A DNA stretch of 64,000 nt from an uncultured Campylobacterales bacterium (GCA_964622255.1 CAZUPK010000012.1:279-64278); one strand, 5' to 3'; positions 50,322-62,302 are shown, counted from the first letter of the stretch. Numbers and translations are program-made. Notes: generated from the letters alone by a model not told the origin.

Positions 50322-50514
50322 AAACATATCTAACCTTTATAATAAAACTTTATAACAAATAACAAAAAGATGTATTCTACCTACAAAGTAGTTAAAAGCC
50401 ACTTATAAAAACTTATAAATAGGTTTTAGCACAAAGTTTTTAAAAGCAAATTTTATACAAAAATACCACCTATATTTATAGTTTTTATCTGCCTAGCTTA
50501 ATGGCATTGATGGG

Positions 50515-51870
50515 TTATCTGCACTGTTCTATCAGAGTATTTAAACTTTCTTGATATATTTTTAAATCATCTTTATTTTTAGCTTCAAATCTCGTAACAA
50601 GAACTGGAGTAGTATTTGATGCTCTAACCAATCCCCAACCATTTTCAAAGATAACTCTAACTCCATCAACATCAACTATCTCTTTTATAGTTGGAAAATC
50701 TTTAGGTGGATTTTTTAAAGACTTCCTTATCCTATCTATGTGAGCAAACTTTTTTTCTTCAGTAGTCTTTACTTTTATCTCATCCGTAGAAAAAGTTTTT
50801 GGAAGTTTTTTCATCTCTTCATCCAAATCAATACCGTTTTTAACAAGTTCTAAAACTCTCAAAGTTGCATATATGGCATCATCATATCCAAAGTATCTAT
50901 CGTTGAAAAATATATGTCCACTAACCTCAGCTGCCAAAGTGGCATCTAACTCTTTTATCTTTACTTTTAGATTTGAATGACCCGTTTTATACATAACAGC
51001 TGTTCCAAACTTATTTATCTCATCATACATCACTTGAGAGCATTTTACCTCTCCGATGATAGTTGGATTTTCAAAAGTTTTTGCAAAGATAAGAGCTAAC
51101 TCATCCCCTTTTATATTGTGATTTTTTGTTAAAACAGCTATCCTATCGGCATCACCGTCATAAGCAAAACCAAGTTCAAACTCTCTTTTAAGCCTCTTTT
51201 TTATATCCTCTAAGTTTTCCTCAACTGAAGGATCTGGATGGTGATTTGGAAAAGTTCCGTCAGGTTCACAATACATCCCCTCATACTCCAAACCTATTCC
51301 ATTTAGTATATCTTCTAAAACAGTTGATGCTACACCATTTCCACAATCAAAAATAAGTTTTTTATCTAACCCTTTTAAACCCTCAAACTCCTCTATCATA
51401 TAAGCTATATATCTATCTTTTGCTTCAATAGCTTGAAACATCTCATCATCTTCTATATATATATCACTCTCCACTATCTCTTTTCCAAGAGCATATATAT
51501 CCTCTCCAAAAAACGGTTTTTTATCTAATGTTATTTTAAAACCGTTATATTTGGGTGGGTTGTGAGAACCAGTTATCATAACTGACGCAGACGGAGTTAC
51601 TCCCAAAAAGTTTTGGTAGTTTGAAAAATAGTTTACCGGAGTTGCTACCATACCCATATTCAAAACTCTAACTCCTGCTTTATTAAATCCACTTGTAAGC
51701 CACTCACAAAGCACAGGAGAGTGAACTCTGGCATCATAACCTATCGCTACATAATCGCCTATCTCTTTAACTTTCTTACCTAAAAAATATCCTATTTTTT
51801 TAACTGTCTTTTCATTTAGCTCTTTTTCAAAAATACCTCTTATGTCATACTCTCTAAATATGCTTTGCAT
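50515..51870 (-). CDS. phosphomannomutase/phosphoglucomutase
   Basis: Active-site loop TGSHNPPKYNGFK (PMM/PGM type), metal loop FAYDGDADR and GEVSGH. Confidence 0.85.
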   Translation of the reverse strand: MQSIFREYDIRGIFEKELNEKTVKKIGYFLGKKVKEIGDYVAIGYDARVHSPVLCEWLTSGFNKAGVRVLNMGMVATPVNYFSNYQNFLGVTPSASVMITGSHNPPKYNGFKITLDKKPFFGEDIYALGKEIVESDIYIEDDEMFQAIEAKDRYIAYMIEEFEGLKGLDKKLIFDCGNGVASTVLEDILNGIGLEYEGMYCEPDGTFPNHHPDPSVEENLEDIKKRLKREFELGFAYDGDADRIAVLTKNHNIKGDELALIFAKTFENPTIIGEVKCSQVMYDEINKFGTAVMYKTGHSNLKVKIKELDATLAAEVSGHIFFNDRYFGYDDAIYATLRVLELVKNGIDLDEEMKKLPKTFSTDEIKVKTTEEKKFAHIDRIRKSLKNPPKDFPTIKEIVDVDGVRVIFENGWGLVRASNTTPVLVTRFEAKNKDDLKIYQESLNTLIEQCR

Positions 51871-51934
51871 AAATATCCTTTATATTTTTTACTATTATTA
51901 GATATTATAATAAAAAAATAAATAGGAAAAGCTT

Positions 51935-52402
51935 ATGTTAGAAGTAGGAACTAAAGCACCGGAGTTTTGTTTACCAAATCAAGATGAAACGGAGATTTGT
52001 CTTAGAGATTTAAAAGGAAAGTGGATAGTTTTATACTTTTATCCAAAAGATAATACTCCAGTATGCACTACTGAAGCTTGTGATTTTACAGAAGCAATAG
52101 AAGAGTTTGAAAGGCTTAATGCTGTTATTTTAGGAGTTAGTCCGGATAGTCCTAAAAAGCATAGAAATTTTATAGACAAAAAAGAACTTGGTATTACACT
52201 TTTGAGTGATGAAGATAAAGAGGTCTTACAAGTTTATGATGTATGGAAGTTAAAAAAGATGTATGCAAGAGAGTATATGGGAGTTGTAAGAACTACATAC
52301 ATCATAGATTTAAAAGGTGTTATTGTAGAAGGTTGGACAAATGTTAGAGTGAAAGGTCATATTGAAAAAGTAAAGAAAAGATTAAAAGAGTTACAAGCTT
52401 GA
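51935..52402 (+). CDS. bcp: thioredoxin-dependent peroxiredoxin Bcp
   Basis: FYPKDNTPVCTTEAC contains the peroxidatic Cys motif. About 155 aa. Confidence 0.9.
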   Translation: MLEVGTKAPEFCLPNQDETEICLRDLKGKWIVLYFYPKDNTPVCTTEACDFTEAIEEFERLNAVILGVSPDSPKKHRNFIDKKELGITLLSDEDKEVLQVYDVWKLKKMYAREYMGVVRTTYIIDLKGVIVEGWTNVRVKGHIEKVKKRLKELQA

Positions 52403-53487
52403 TACTTGTTCATATTTGTTGCTCGGTTGATAGCCACTTTTTCTTACAAAAACTAAAAAAGGTCTATCCTAAGGAGAAGTTGATAGGTTTCTTTTATAAT
52501 CCAAACATCCATCCATATAGTGAATACTACTTAAGACTTTTAGATGTTAAAAGAAGTTGTCAAAAACTAAAAATAAAGCTTTATGAGGGAGGGTATGACT
52601 TTCAAAAGTGGCTTGATAGTGTAAAAGGATATGAAGATGAACCTGAAAAAGGAACAAGATGTAATATCTGTTTTGATAAACGACTTGAGATTTCGGCAAA
52701 AAAAGCTAAGGAGCTTGGAGCAAAATTTTTAACAACTACACTTTTGACAAGTCCTAAAAAGTCTATCGAGCAGTTAAAAAGTTCTGGGGAAAAAATAGCA
52801 AACAGATATGGCTTAGAGTTTTTAACTGTTGATTTTAGAAAAGACGGAGGAACTTGTGAACAATTTGCACTAGCTAGGAAAGATAAACTATATCATCAAG
52901 ATTATTGCGGTTGTATCTATGCTTTAACTAAACAAAGAGAGTATCAAAATCGACTTATGGATGAGATGTTTGAGCCTCTTTGCGGACAAATTTTACCCGA
53001 ATCCATACAAGAGAGAATAAAACTATATGATAAAGTAAAAGAACTCGAAGAAAGTGGTAAAAAGTTTGAAATAGTTAGAGAAAAATTTTTAAACTATCGA
53101 CTTTTAAGAGCCTATCTCAAAAAAAATAAAGAGATTGTGCCATCACATATTTTACCGTATTCTACAACAAAGAGAAAATTTGTAAAATTTAAAATAGAAA
53201 AAAATATACAAGATATTTATTTTGCAAATAGGGAAAATATCAAGCTTATAACTCTTGAAAAATATAATCAAATTATTAATAAAAGTTATAAAAATATTAA
53301 AGAACTTTTATACAACCCACCTTTGTTTGATGAAGAGATTAAGTTAAAAAATAAAATAGATTTTACCTTTTATTCATTAAGTGTGATTGTTGTAGTTGAA
53401 AATATTGATAAAAACGATAAATACGAGCTTTTCTTAGAGTCAAAAACTTACGAAGATGTCAAAGAATATTTAGTAACTTTTAGATAG
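52399..53487 (+). CDS. queH: epoxyqueuosine reductase QueH (DUF208) with ~170-aa C-terminal extension of unknown function
   Basis: N-terminal ~185 aa: LVHICCSVDS, GFFYNPNIHP, TRCNICF and DYCGCIYA carry the conserved DUF208 Cys pattern. The remainder has no motif I recognise. TTG start overlaps the bcp stop. Confidence 0.65.
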   Translation: MILVHICCSVDSHFFLQKLKKVYPKEKLIGFFYNPNIHPYSEYYLRLLDVKRSCQKLKIKLYEGGYDFQKWLDSVKGYEDEPEKGTRCNICFDKRLEISAKKAKELGAKFLTTTLLTSPKKSIEQLKSSGEKIANRYGLEFLTVDFRKDGGTCEQFALARKDKLYHQDYCGCIYALTKQREYQNRLMDEMFEPLCGQILPESIQERIKLYDKVKELEESGKKFEIVREKFLNYRLLRAYLKKNKEIVPSHILPYSTTKRKFVKFKIEKNIQDIYFANRENIKLITLEKYNQIINKSYKNIKELLYNPPLFDEEIKLKNKIDFTFYSLSVIVVVENIDKNDKYELFLESKTYEDVKEYLVTFR

Positions 53488-53519
53488 AATAATGCAATTT
53501 CTGAAAAGAGGTAAACCAA

Positions 53520-53969
53520 ATGACACTAGATGTTATAGAGATACAAAAAATACTCCCACACCGTTATCCGTTTTTATTGGTAGATAGAGTTACAAAGATA
53601 GAAAGCGGAAAGTTTATAGAAGCTTATAAAAATGTTTCTATAAGTGAAGGAATATTTCAAGGGCACTTTCCAGAACACCCCATATATCCTGGGGTTATGA
53701 TAGTAGAAGGTATGGCACAAGCTGGTGGTGTTTTGGCATTTAAAAGTCTTTCTCAAGAGGAACAGGCAAATAAAGATGATAAAGTAGTTTATTTTATGAG
53801 TATAGATAAGTGTAAATTTAGAATACCTGTAAGACCTGGTGATAAGTTAGAATACAAAATAAGTGTCTTAAAACATAAAGGTAGCATCTGGTTTTTTAAA
53901 GCTGAAGCCTATGTTGATACTAAACTAACTACAGAAGCTGAATTAAAAGCTATGATAGTGGATAAATAA
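53520..53969 (+). CDS. fabZ: 3-hydroxyacyl-ACP dehydratase FabZ
   Basis: [35 protein letters not shown]. Confidence 0.95.
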   Translation: MTLDVIEIQKILPHRYPFLLVDRVTKIESGKFIEAYKNVSISEGIFQGHFPEHPIYPGVMIVEGMAQAGGVLAFKSLSQEEQANKDDKVVYFMSIDKCKFRIPVRPGDKLEYKISVLKHKGSIWFFKAEAYVDTKLTTEAELKAMIVDK

Positions 53970-54754
53970 TGGGCTTTATACATCCAACAGCTATCATAGA
54001 AAATGGTGCGATACTTGGTGAGGATGTAAAGATTGGACCATATTGTCGAGTAACAAAAGATGTAAAACTTGGAAATGGTGTTGAACTTATCTCCCATGTC
54101 GTGGTTGACGGAAATACTGATATAGGAGATGGAACTAAGATATATCCTTTTTCAGCAGTTGGAACTCCTCCTCAGGATTTAACTTATAAAGCAGGAGATA
54201 AAGTTAAACTTGTTATAGGTAAAAATAATACCATAAGGGAGAACACTCTTATAAATCCGGGAACTTTAAAAGATAAAGGTTTAACACTCATAGGAGATAA
54301 CAATCTTTTTATGGGTTCAACTCATATAGCCCATGATGCGGTGATAGGAAATCATGTGATTATGGTAAATCAATCAATGGTAGCAGGACATGTGGTAGTT
54401 GAAGATCATGTTGTTATAGGCGGTTCTACTCCTATTCATCAGTTTGTTAAACTTGGAGAGTATGCTATGATAGGTGGTGGTGGAGCGGTTGCACAAGATA
54501 TTCCACCATATACTCTGGCTGAGGGCAATCGTGCAACAATAAAAAGTTTAAATCTAGTGGGACTTAGAAGAAATTTTAAAAAAGAGGATATAGAAGCTTT
54601 AAAACAAGCATATAAAGCTGTTTTTAGAGGTGAAGCCAATATGAAAGATATTGCAAATGAGATTTTAAAAACAAGTCAAAATGAAAAAGTGAAAAAATTT
54701 TGTGATTTTGTAATCAATACAAAACGAGGAATACCATATGAGAGGAATAGATGA
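53969..54754 (+). CDS. lpxA: acyl-ACP--UDP-N-acetylglucosamine O-acyltransferase
   Basis: [22 protein letters not shown] hexapeptide repeats and the C-terminal helical LpxA domain. Confidence 0.9.
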   Translation: MGFIHPTAIIENGAILGEDVKIGPYCRVTKDVKLGNGVELISHVVVDGNTDIGDGTKIYPFSAVGTPPQDLTYKAGDKVKLVIGKNNTIRENTLINPGTLKDKGLTLIGDNNLFMGSTHIAHDAVIGNHVIMVNQSMVAGHVVVEDHVVIGGSTPIHQFVKLGEYAMIGGGGAVAQDIPPYTLAEGNRATIKSLNLVGLRRNFKKEDIEALKQAYKAVFRGEANMKDIANEILKTSQNEKVKKFCDFVINTKRGIPYERNR

Positions 54755-55989
54755 TGTCAAGACTTTGTAGTTTCTGCGGTTCAGCAGAAGATATAGATAA
54801 CAGGCTTTTGGCTGGAGAGGGTGTTTATATCTGTGAAAATTGTGTTATATCTGCATATAAAATATTTTATGGAGATGATGAAGAAGTCACAAGATCACAG
54901 ACTATAGAAGATATGAGACTCTTTACTCCAAAAGAATTAAAAGCAGTATTGGACGATTTTGTTATAGGACAAGAGGATGCCAAAAAAGTTTTTGCTGTTA
55001 GTGTATATAATCACTACAAAAGGATTTTTAAACAGCATACGATTAAAGATGATGATACACAGATACAAAAATCAAATGTGCTTTTTATAGGACCAACTGG
55101 AAGTGGTAAAACTTTGATGGCTCAAACTTTAGCAAAGTTTTTAAATGTTCCTATTGCTATAGCTGATGCTACAAGTTTAACAGAGGCCGGATATGTTGGT
55201 GAAGATGTAGAAAATATATTAACAAGGTTACTTCAAGTTGCCAATGGTGATATTAAAAAGGCAGAACAGGGAATCATATTTATAGATGAGATAGATAAGA
55301 TTGCTCGTATGGGGGAAAATCGCTCTATTACTAGGGATGTTTCGGGTGAAGGAGTTCAACAAGCACTTTTAAAAATCATAGAGGGTAGTCAAGTAAATAT
55401 TTCACCAAAAGGTGGAAGAAAGCATCCAAATCAAGACTTTTCACAAATAGATACTACAAACATTTTATTTATTTGTGGTGGGGCATTTGATGGTTTAGAG
55501 GAGATTATAAAAAGAAGAATAGGCAACAATACTCTAGGTTTTAATCAAGATAAAAAGGGTAAAAAGGAAGAAGAAAAGATTTTAGAACTTGTTGAACCTG
55601 ATGATTTGGTATCATATGGATTGATACCAGAGCTTATAGGCAGACTTCACTCTATAGCAACTCTAAATCAAATAACAAAAGAGGATATGGTTAGGATTTT
55701 AACTGAACCTAAAAATTCTATAGTAAAACAGTATAAAAAACTTTTTGCAATTGACGATGTAGAGTTAGAGTTTGAAAAGGGGGCGCTTTTAGCCATAGCT
55801 GAACTTGCTTTAAAAAGAAAAACTGGGGCTAGAGGTTTAAGGACAATTATGGAAGAGATTATGTTAGATATTATGTATGAGCTTCCAGAGCTTACAGGTT
55901 ATAAGGTTATTATAACTGAAGATGTGGTATTAAAAAGTGCTAAACCAATTTATTCGAAAAATGTAAAAAATTTAAAGAAGAGTGCATAG
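54751..55989 (+). CDS. clpX: ATP-dependent Clp protease ATP-binding subunit ClpX
   Basis: N-terminal zinc ribbon CSFCG...CENC, Walker A GPTGSGKT, and IFIDEIDK. Confidence 0.95.
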   Translation: MMSRLCSFCGSAEDIDNRLLAGEGVYICENCVISAYKIFYGDDEEVTRSQTIEDMRLFTPKELKAVLDDFVIGQEDAKKVFAVSVYNHYKRIFKQHTIKDDDTQIQKSNVLFIGPTGSGKTLMAQTLAKFLNVPIAIADATSLTEAGYVGEDVENILTRLLQVANGDIKKAEQGIIFIDEIDKIARMGENRSITRDVSGEGVQQALLKIIEGSQVNISPKGGRKHPNQDFSQIDTTNILFICGGAFDGLEEIIKRRIGNNTLGFNQDKKGKKEEEKILELVEPDDLVSYGLIPELIGRLHSIATLNQITKEDMVRILTEPKNSIVKQYKKLFAIDDVELEFEKGALLAIAELALKRKTGARGLRTIMEEIMLDIMYELPELTGYKVIITEDVVLKSAKPIYSKNVKNLKKSA

Positions 55990-57027
55990 ATGATTGTAAA
56001 CAAAGTTTTAGGTATATTTTCAAATGATTTAGCTATAGATTTGGGAACAGCAAATACGATAGTTATGGCAAAAGGTAAAGGTTTAGTTATAAATGAACCT
56101 TCGGTAGTAGCAGTGCAAATGACAAGAGGTGGAAGAAGAAAACTTCTTGCTGTTGGAAGTGAAGCAAAAGATATGGTTGGTAAGACTCCAGAGAGTATCC
56201 AAGCCATAAGACCACTTAAAGAAGGGGTTATAGCAGATTTTGAAATAACAGAAGAGATGATAAGGTATTTTATAAAAAAAGCACACAATAGAAGCTCTTT
56301 TATAAGACCTCGTATCATAATCTGTGTTCCTTATGGACTTACTCAAGTTGAAAGAAAGGCTGTTAAAACTTCAGCTATGAATGCAGGAGCTAGAGAAGTT
56401 TTGCTTATAGAGGAACCAAAAGCTGCAGCAATTGGAGCAGGACTTCCCATAAATGATCCTCAAGGGAATATGGTTGTTGACATAGGAGGAGGAACTACTG
56501 AAATAGGAGTTGTAAGTTTAAGAGGACTTGTTTTAAGTAAGTCTATAAGAATTGGTGGTGATAAATTTGATCAAGCCATAGTTGATTATGTAAAAAGAAA
56601 ATTTAATCTCCTTATAGGTGAAAGAACAGGAGAAGAGATAAAGATAGCTATAGGCACCGCCATACCAACAGGTAAAGAACTCTCTATGTCTATAAAAGGA
56701 AGGGATCAGGTTACAGGACTTTTAAAAAGAATAGAGATAACAAGCAAACATGTAAATGAAGCACTTTCTGAAGCACTAAAAGAGATAGTTCAAGCCTTAA
56801 AAGAGGTGCTTGAGGTTATGCCACCTGATCTTGCAGGTGATATTGTTGAAAATGGTATAGTATTAACTGGTGGTGGAAGTCTTCTTAGAAATCTTGACAG
56901 ATATTTAAGCAATATAGTAAAACTTCCAGTCTATATATCAGAAGAACCGCTTTTAGCTGTTGCTAAGGGAACCGGTCAAATGTTAGAAGAAATGGAACTT
57001 TTAAAACAACTCCAATTAGATGACTAA
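55990..57027 (+). CDS. mreB: rod shape-determining protein MreB
   Basis: DLAIDLGTANTIV, DIGGGTTE. Confidence 0.95.
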   Translation: MIVNKVLGIFSNDLAIDLGTANTIVMAKGKGLVINEPSVVAVQMTRGGRRKLLAVGSEAKDMVGKTPESIQAIRPLKEGVIADFEITEEMIRYFIKKAHNRSSFIRPRIIICVPYGLTQVERKAVKTSAMNAGAREVLLIEEPKAAAIGAGLPINDPQGNMVVDIGGGTTEIGVVSLRGLVLSKSIRIGGDKFDQAIVDYVKRKFNLLIGERTGEEIKIAIGTAIPTGKELSMSIKGRDQVTGLLKRIEITSKHVNEALSEALKEIVQALKEVLEVMPPDLAGDIVENGIVLTGGGSLLRNLDRYLSNIVKLPVYISEEPLLAVAKGTGQMLEEMELLKQLQLDD

Positions 57028-57793
57028 AAATAAAATACTTTTTATATTAATCATAGTATTTGCAATACTTGTTACTATGAAAGTAGTGCCAACCTTTAGG
57101 GGTGAGGTGCTACGATTTTCAAATGGTATAAAATTAACTTTTATCCAGTTTATAGATAGTATAAAACATACTGTTGAAATACATACTAAACAATCACAAC
57201 GAATAGAAGAGCTTGAAAAAAAAATCAAAGAATTAGAGCCAAGCTCTTTACTTTCGGCAACACTTGCTATAAGATTAAATAAAGTTTTAAAAGAAACCAA
57301 TTTAAATTATCATCATCCTTCGCTACATCTTGTTAGAACTCTATCTTTTGAGAGACTTGGGGACTATAATGCCCTATGGTTAGATTTTAAAGACTTTGAC
57401 CCCACAAAAATATACGGTTTAATATATAAAGGATATACAGCAGGTATAGTAAGAGAGAAAAATGGTAGTCCTTTGGCATTGCTTGAGCTTGACCCAACCG
57501 TTTCACTTTCTGTATATATTGGTAAGTATAAAACAGAGGGTGTTATTTTTGGGAATAATAAAAATATGGTTATAAAATATATACAAAAGTTCAACATCTT
57601 GAGAGTTGGTGATGAAGTAGTTACTAGTGGTAAAGATGGTATATTTTATGAAGGTGTAAAGATAGGAAAAGTTGTGAAAATAACAGAAAGAGAACTTTAC
57701 AACGAAGCCATAGTTGAACCATACATAAAGCCTACGGATGCTAGATATTTTTATGCCATAGATACAAAGGTAGAAAGAAATCCTGAACGGTAA
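57020..57793 (+). CDS. mreC: rod shape-determining protein MreC
   Basis: N-terminal TM helix, a coiled coil and two beta-barrel-like C-terminal segments (VVTSGKDGIFYEGVKIGKV). Follows mreB. Confidence 0.8.
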   Translation: MTKNKILFILIIVFAILVTMKVVPTFRGEVLRFSNGIKLTFIQFIDSIKHTVEIHTKQSQRIEELEKKIKELEPSSLLSATLAIRLNKVLKETNLNYHHPSLHLVRTLSFERLGDYNALWLDFKDFDPTKIYGLIYKGYTAGIVREKNGSPLALLELDPTVSLSVYIGKYKTEGVIFGNNKNMVIKYIQKFNILRVGDEVVTSGKDGIFYEGVKIGKVVKITERELYNEAIVEPYIKPTDARYFYAIDTKVERNPER

Positions 57794-57858
57794 ATCAATC
57801 AAAGTAGCTATAAAATTTTTTTGATATACTATACCAATTATACACACAGGAAAGAGCT

Positions 57859-60800
57859 ATGCCAAAAAGAGAAGATGTAAAAAATATACTACTCATTGGA
57901 GCAGGACCCATTATCATAGGACAAGCGTGTGAGTTTGACTACTCTGGAACTCAAGCTGCAAAAACTTTAAAAGAGTTAGGGTATAAAGTAGTTCTTATAA
58001 ACTCAAATCCTGCAACTATTATGACAGATCCGGAGTTTGCTGATAGAACCTATATAGAACCTATATCAGAAGAGGTTATAGCAAAAATAATCAAAAAAGA
58101 AAATATAGATGCTATCTTACCCACTATGGGTGGACAAACAGCTCTAAATGTAGCTATGAGTATGTATAAAAAGGGTATGCTTGATGGCATAAAGTTTTTA
58201 GGAGCAGATCCAAAAGCTATTCAAAAGGGTGAAGATAGACAAGCCTTTAAAGAAGCGATGATAAAGATAGGTATGGATATACCTAAAAGTAGGTATGCTT
58301 ACAATATGGAGGAGGCTTTAGAAGCCGCAGAAGAGATAGGTTTTCCTCTCATCATAAGAGCTTCATTTACACTTGCAGGTGGAGGAAGTGGAGTTGCTTA
58401 TAATATAGATGAATATAAAGCTTTGGTTCAAGCTGGACTTGAAGCAAGTCCTATAAATGAGATACTTATCGAAGAATCTTTGCTTGGTTGGAAAGAGTAT
58501 GAGATGGAAGTTATCAGAGATAAAGCCGATAACTGCATCATAGTTTGTTCCATAGAAAACTTTGATCCTATGGGAGTTCATACTGGAGACTCTATAACAG
58601 TAGCTCCTGCACTTACTTTAACTGATAAAGAGTATCAACATATGAGAAATGCATCTTTTGCTATATTAAGAGAGATAGGAGTTGATACTGGAGGAAGTAA
58701 TGTTCAATTTGCAGTTAATCCAAAAAATGGGAGGATGACGGTTATAGAGATGAACCCTCGTGTTAGTCGTTCATCTGCATTAGCTAGTAAAGCTACAGGT
58801 TACCCTATCGCAAAAGTGGCAACTCTTTTAGCAGTTGGTTTTACTCTTGATGAGATAACAAATGATATAACAGGAACTCCAGCATCTTTTGAACCGGTTA
58901 TAGACTATATAGTTACAAAGATACCAAGATTTACTTTTGAAAAATTCCCAGGAGCTGATTCAACTTTAACAACCTCTATGAAGAGTGTTGGTGAGGTTAT
59001 GAGTATCGGTAGAACTTTCAAAGAGTCATTTCAAAAAGGACTATGTTCACTTGAGATAGGGCTTGATGGCTTTGAAAAGATAAATCTTGATGATACTACT
59101 TTAGAAAAAGAGATAAGAAGACCAAATGAAAATAGAGCTTTATACATAGCAGAAGCTTTTAGAAGAGGTAAAAGTGTAGATGAAGTGTTTGAACTTTGTC
59201 AGATAGATAAATGGTTTTTATATCAGATAGAAGAGATAGTTGAGTTTGAGAAAAACTTAACGAAGGATATTTTAAAAGATAGGGATTATCTAAGAAAAGC
59301 TAAATCATTTGGCTTTAGTGATGCTATGTTGGCAAAACTTTTGGATTTAAACCAAGAGGATATCTATAATGCAAGAAAAGAGTTAGGGATTTGGTTAGAG
59401 TATAATGAGGTTGATACTTGTGGGGCAGAGTTCAAAGCACTCACTCCATATCTTTACTCCACAACTTCTATTTTAGATATAGAAAAACCAAAAGAGCAAG
59501 AAAAAAACAAAAAGGTTCTCATCATAGGTGGTGGACCAAACAGGATAGGGCAAGGTATAGAGTTTGACTATTGTTGTGTTCATGCAGCATTTGCTCTAAA
59601 AGATATGGGAATAAAGTCTATTATGTATAACTGTAATCCTGAAACTGTTTCAACTGACTATGATACAAGCGATATACTCTACTTTGAACCAATAGACTTT
59701 GAAAGAGTAAGAAGTGTAGTAGAACTTGAAAATCCAGATGGTATCATAGTTCACTTTGGTGGGCAAACTCCACTTAAACTCTCTCAAGACTTAACAAAGA
59801 TAGGTGCAAAGATCATAGGAACAAGTGCTAAAGTTATAGATGAAGCTGAAGATAGAGAAAAATTTTCAGCTTTTATTAGTCGCATAGGAATAAAACAACC
59901 TATAAATGATACAGCAACTACAAAGGAGAATGCACTTAAAAAGGCAAATGAGATAGGCTACCCAGTGCTTGTTCGTCCAAGTTATGTTCTTGGTGGTAGA
60001 GCAATGAAAATAGTTTATAATGATGCTGAGCTTAAAGAGTATATGGATGAAGCAGTAAGTGTTAGCAATGATTCTCCTGTTTTACTTGATAAATTTTTAG
60101 ATAGGGCTATAGAGGTTGATGTTGATGCTATAAGTGATGGGAAAGATGTATATATTGGTGCTATTATGCAACATATAGAGGAAGCTGGAATTCACAGTGG
60201 AGATAGTGCTTGTTCACTTCCACCACTTTCCATACCCAAAAAACTTCAAGATGAGATAGAGAAAAAAACAAAAGAGATAGCTTTAGGACTTGGTGTAAAA
60301 GGACTTATGAATATCCAGTATGCTATCTATCAAAATGAGATATATATGATAGAGGTAAATCCCAGAGCAAGTAGAACAGTTCCATTTGTAAGTAAAGCAA
60401 CCGGTATTCCTATGGCAAAAGTTGCTACTAGAGTTATGTGGCAAGGCAACTTAAAAGAAGCACTGAGTTTTTATGATAAGTTTGGAGTTTTAACAAATGA
60501 AAATGGAATCTTAAAACCAAAAATACACGAACATGTTTGTGTAAAAGAGGCAGTATTTCCATTTAAAAAACTTACAGGTGCAGATGTCATACTCTCTCCT
60601 GAGATGAAAAGCACCGGTGAGGTTATGGGTATAAGTTCAAATTTTGGACTCTCTTTTGCAAAAAGCCAAACAGCATCTTTTAACAAAATACCAACAAGTG
60701 GAAAAGTTTTTATCTCTTTAACAGATTTGGATAAAGAGTTTGCAAGTAAGATAGCAAAAGATTTTTGTGAGTTAGGATTTGAAGTAGTTGCAACAAGTGG

Positions 60801-61095
60801 AACTCATAGAGTTTTAAGCAAGAGTGGAATAGAAGCAACAAAAGTCTTAAAAATAAGTGAGGGAAGGCCAAATATAGAAGATAGCATTAGAAATAATGAA
60901 ATCTCTATCGTTATCAATACAAGTGATAGTGTAGCAAGTAAAGATGATGCTAAGATTATAAGACAGAGGGTTATTTCACTTGGTATTCCATATTTTACAA
61001 CCATAGCAGCAGTAAAAGCAGCGATACTTGCCATAAAAGAAATAAAAAATAAAGACTTTTTAGAGATAAAAGCGATACAAGAGTATCTATTATGA
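57859..61095 (+). CDS. carB: carbamoyl-phosphate synthase large subunit
   Basis: Duplicated ATP-grasp halves ([21 protein letters not shown] / [20 protein letters not shown]). 1078 aa. Confidence 0.95.
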   Translation: MPKREDVKNILLIGAGPIIIGQACEFDYSGTQAAKTLKELGYKVVLINSNPATIMTDPEFADRTYIEPISEEVIAKIIKKENIDAILPTMGGQTALNVAMSMYKKGMLDGIKFLGADPKAIQKGEDRQAFKEAMIKIGMDIPKSRYAYNMEEALEAAEEIGFPLIIRASFTLAGGGSGVAYNIDEYKALVQAGLEASPINEILIEESLLGWKEYEMEVIRDKADNCIIVCSIENFDPMGVHTGDSITVAPALTLTDKEYQHMRNASFAILREIGVDTGGSNVQFAVNPKNGRMTVIEMNPRVSRSSALASKATGYPIAKVATLLAVGFTLDEITNDITGTPASFEPVIDYIVTKIPRFTFEKFPGADSTLTTSMKSVGEVMSIGRTFKESFQKGLCSLEIGLDGFEKINLDDTTLEKEIRRPNENRALYIAEAFRRGKSVDEVFELCQIDKWFLYQIEEIVEFEKNLTKDILKDRDYLRKAKSFGFSDAMLAKLLDLNQEDIYNARKELGIWLEYNEVDTCGAEFKALTPYLYSTTSILDIEKPKEQEKNKKVLIIGGGPNRIGQGIEFDYCCVHAAFALKDMGIKSIMYNCNPETVSTDYDTSDILYFEPIDFERVRSVVELENPDGIIVHFGGQTPLKLSQDLTKIGAKIIGTSAKVIDEAEDREKFSAFISRIGIKQPINDTATTKENALKKANEIGYPVLVRPSYVLGGRAMKIVYNDAELKEYMDEAVSVSNDSPVLLDKFLDRAIEVDVDAISDGKDVYIGAIMQHIEEAGIHSGDSACSLPPLSIPKKLQDEIEKKTKEIALGLGVKGLMNIQYAIYQNEIYMIEVNPRASRTVPFVSKATGIPMAKVATRVMWQGNLKEALSFYDKFGVLTNENGILKPKIHEHVCVKEAVFPFKKLTGADVILSPEMKSTGEVMGISSNFGLSFAKSQTASFNKIPTSGKVFISLTDLDKEFASKIAKDFCELGFEVVATSGTHRVLSKSGIEATKVLKISEGRPNIEDSIRNNEISIVINTSDSVASKDDAKIIRQRVISLGIPYFTTIAAVKAAILAIKEIKNKDFLEIKAIQEYLL

Positions 61096-61529
61096 GTGAT
61101 GAGATATATTTAGCCCAAACCGATACTACGGTTGGCTTTTTATCCTCTTCAAAAACTAAACTAAACAGAGTAAAAAACCGCCCTAAAAATAAACAGTTTC
61201 TTATAACAACAACTACTTTCAAAACTTTAAAATCTTTAACAAGAGTTCCAAATAAACATAAAAAAATGGTAAGAAGAGCTAGAAAAACAACCTTCATATA
61301 TCCAAATGCAAAAGCAATTAGGGTTGTCAAAGAGAGTAGTCACTATAACTTTTTAAAAAAGTTTGACTATCTCTATTCAACTTCAGCAAATGAGAGTGGA
61401 AAATGCTTTGATAGGGATTTTGCTCTTTTGAAAACTGATGTTATTGTTGAAGATAGAAGAGGATTTAGCGAAAAAAATCCATCAAAATTAATAAAACTTT
61501 CAAAAAAACTCGAGAAAAAACTTCGATAA
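61092..61529 (+). CDS. short YrdC/Sua5-domain protein (TsaC-like)
   Basis: [10 protein letters not shown] (compare PTDTVYGL), KNRPKNKQF (compare KxRPxxxPL) and STSANESG (compare STSANxSG). Only 145 aa. The start overlaps the carB stop. Confidence 0.6.
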   Translation: MSDEIYLAQTDTTVGFLSSSKTKLNRVKNRPKNKQFLITTTTFKTLKSLTRVPNKHKKMVRRARKTTFIYPNAKAIRVVKESSHYNFLKKFDYLYSTSANESGKCFDRDFALLKTDVIVEDRRGFSEKNPSKLIKLSKKLEKKLR

Positions 61530-61683
61530 ACTTTAGAAAAATATTACTTTTGTTTAGAACAAATATTAAAATTGGATAAAAAAGTAACATTAGTAATAAA
61601 ATACTAACTATATCTCTTTAAAAACTTTCAAAAAGTAAAAAAAATATATATACTACTTATATATCAAATCATTGGAGTAGATT

Positions 61684-62274
61684 ATGAAAAAAATTAGTTT
61701 TATAATATTTATTTTTATAAATGCACTTTTTGCAAGAACAGAACTGTTTGACTATGATATGTGGGCAAAAGATTTAGAAACGATGATAAAACTAAATGAG
61801 GCTATTGATAATAGTATAGAAGGAACTGATTCAAACCATAATCTAGTAAGAGACGATGTTGAAAATTATATAAAGAAAAAATATGCTGATGATGAATTTC
61901 AAAAGATTATGTTTTTAGAAGCTGCTAAAAAAATACAACAAATCATAACTCTACCTAACAATAGCACCTTGAAAGCTCATAAAATATTAGATAAAGAACT
62001 TTTACAAATATACACTTGCAGAGATTTTATTCTTTTTAAACACGGCGATACTAACAATATAGAAGATGAAATAAAAAATAAAATAGAATTTAAATCAAAA
62101 GTTTTAAATACTAGTAAAAGGTTAAATGCCTACATCAAACATAAAAGGATGTTACCTTTGAAGTATTCTATCCCTGATGATAAAGAATTGAAAAGACAAA
62201 AAGATGCTTGTGAAAAGCTTTATAGTAAAATAACAAATGAAAATAAAAAGTTAAAGACTTTAACAATAAAATAG
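61684..62274 (+). CDS. hypothetical secreted helical protein
   Basis: Signal peptide MKKISFIIFIFINALFA. The remainder is charged and helical with two Cys. No motif recognised. Confidence 0.4.
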   Translation: MKKISFIIFIFINALFARTELFDYDMWAKDLETMIKLNEAIDNSIEGTDSNHNLVRDDVENYIKKKYADDEFQKIMFLEAAKKIQQIITLPNNSTLKAHKILDKELLQIYTCRDFILFKHGDTNNIEDEIKNKIEFKSKVLNTSKRLNAYIKHKRMLPLKYSIPDDKELKRQKDACEKLYSKITNENKKLKTLTIK

Positions 62275-62302
62275 CTTAAAAGAAATTTTGTTAAAATAAA
62301 CT

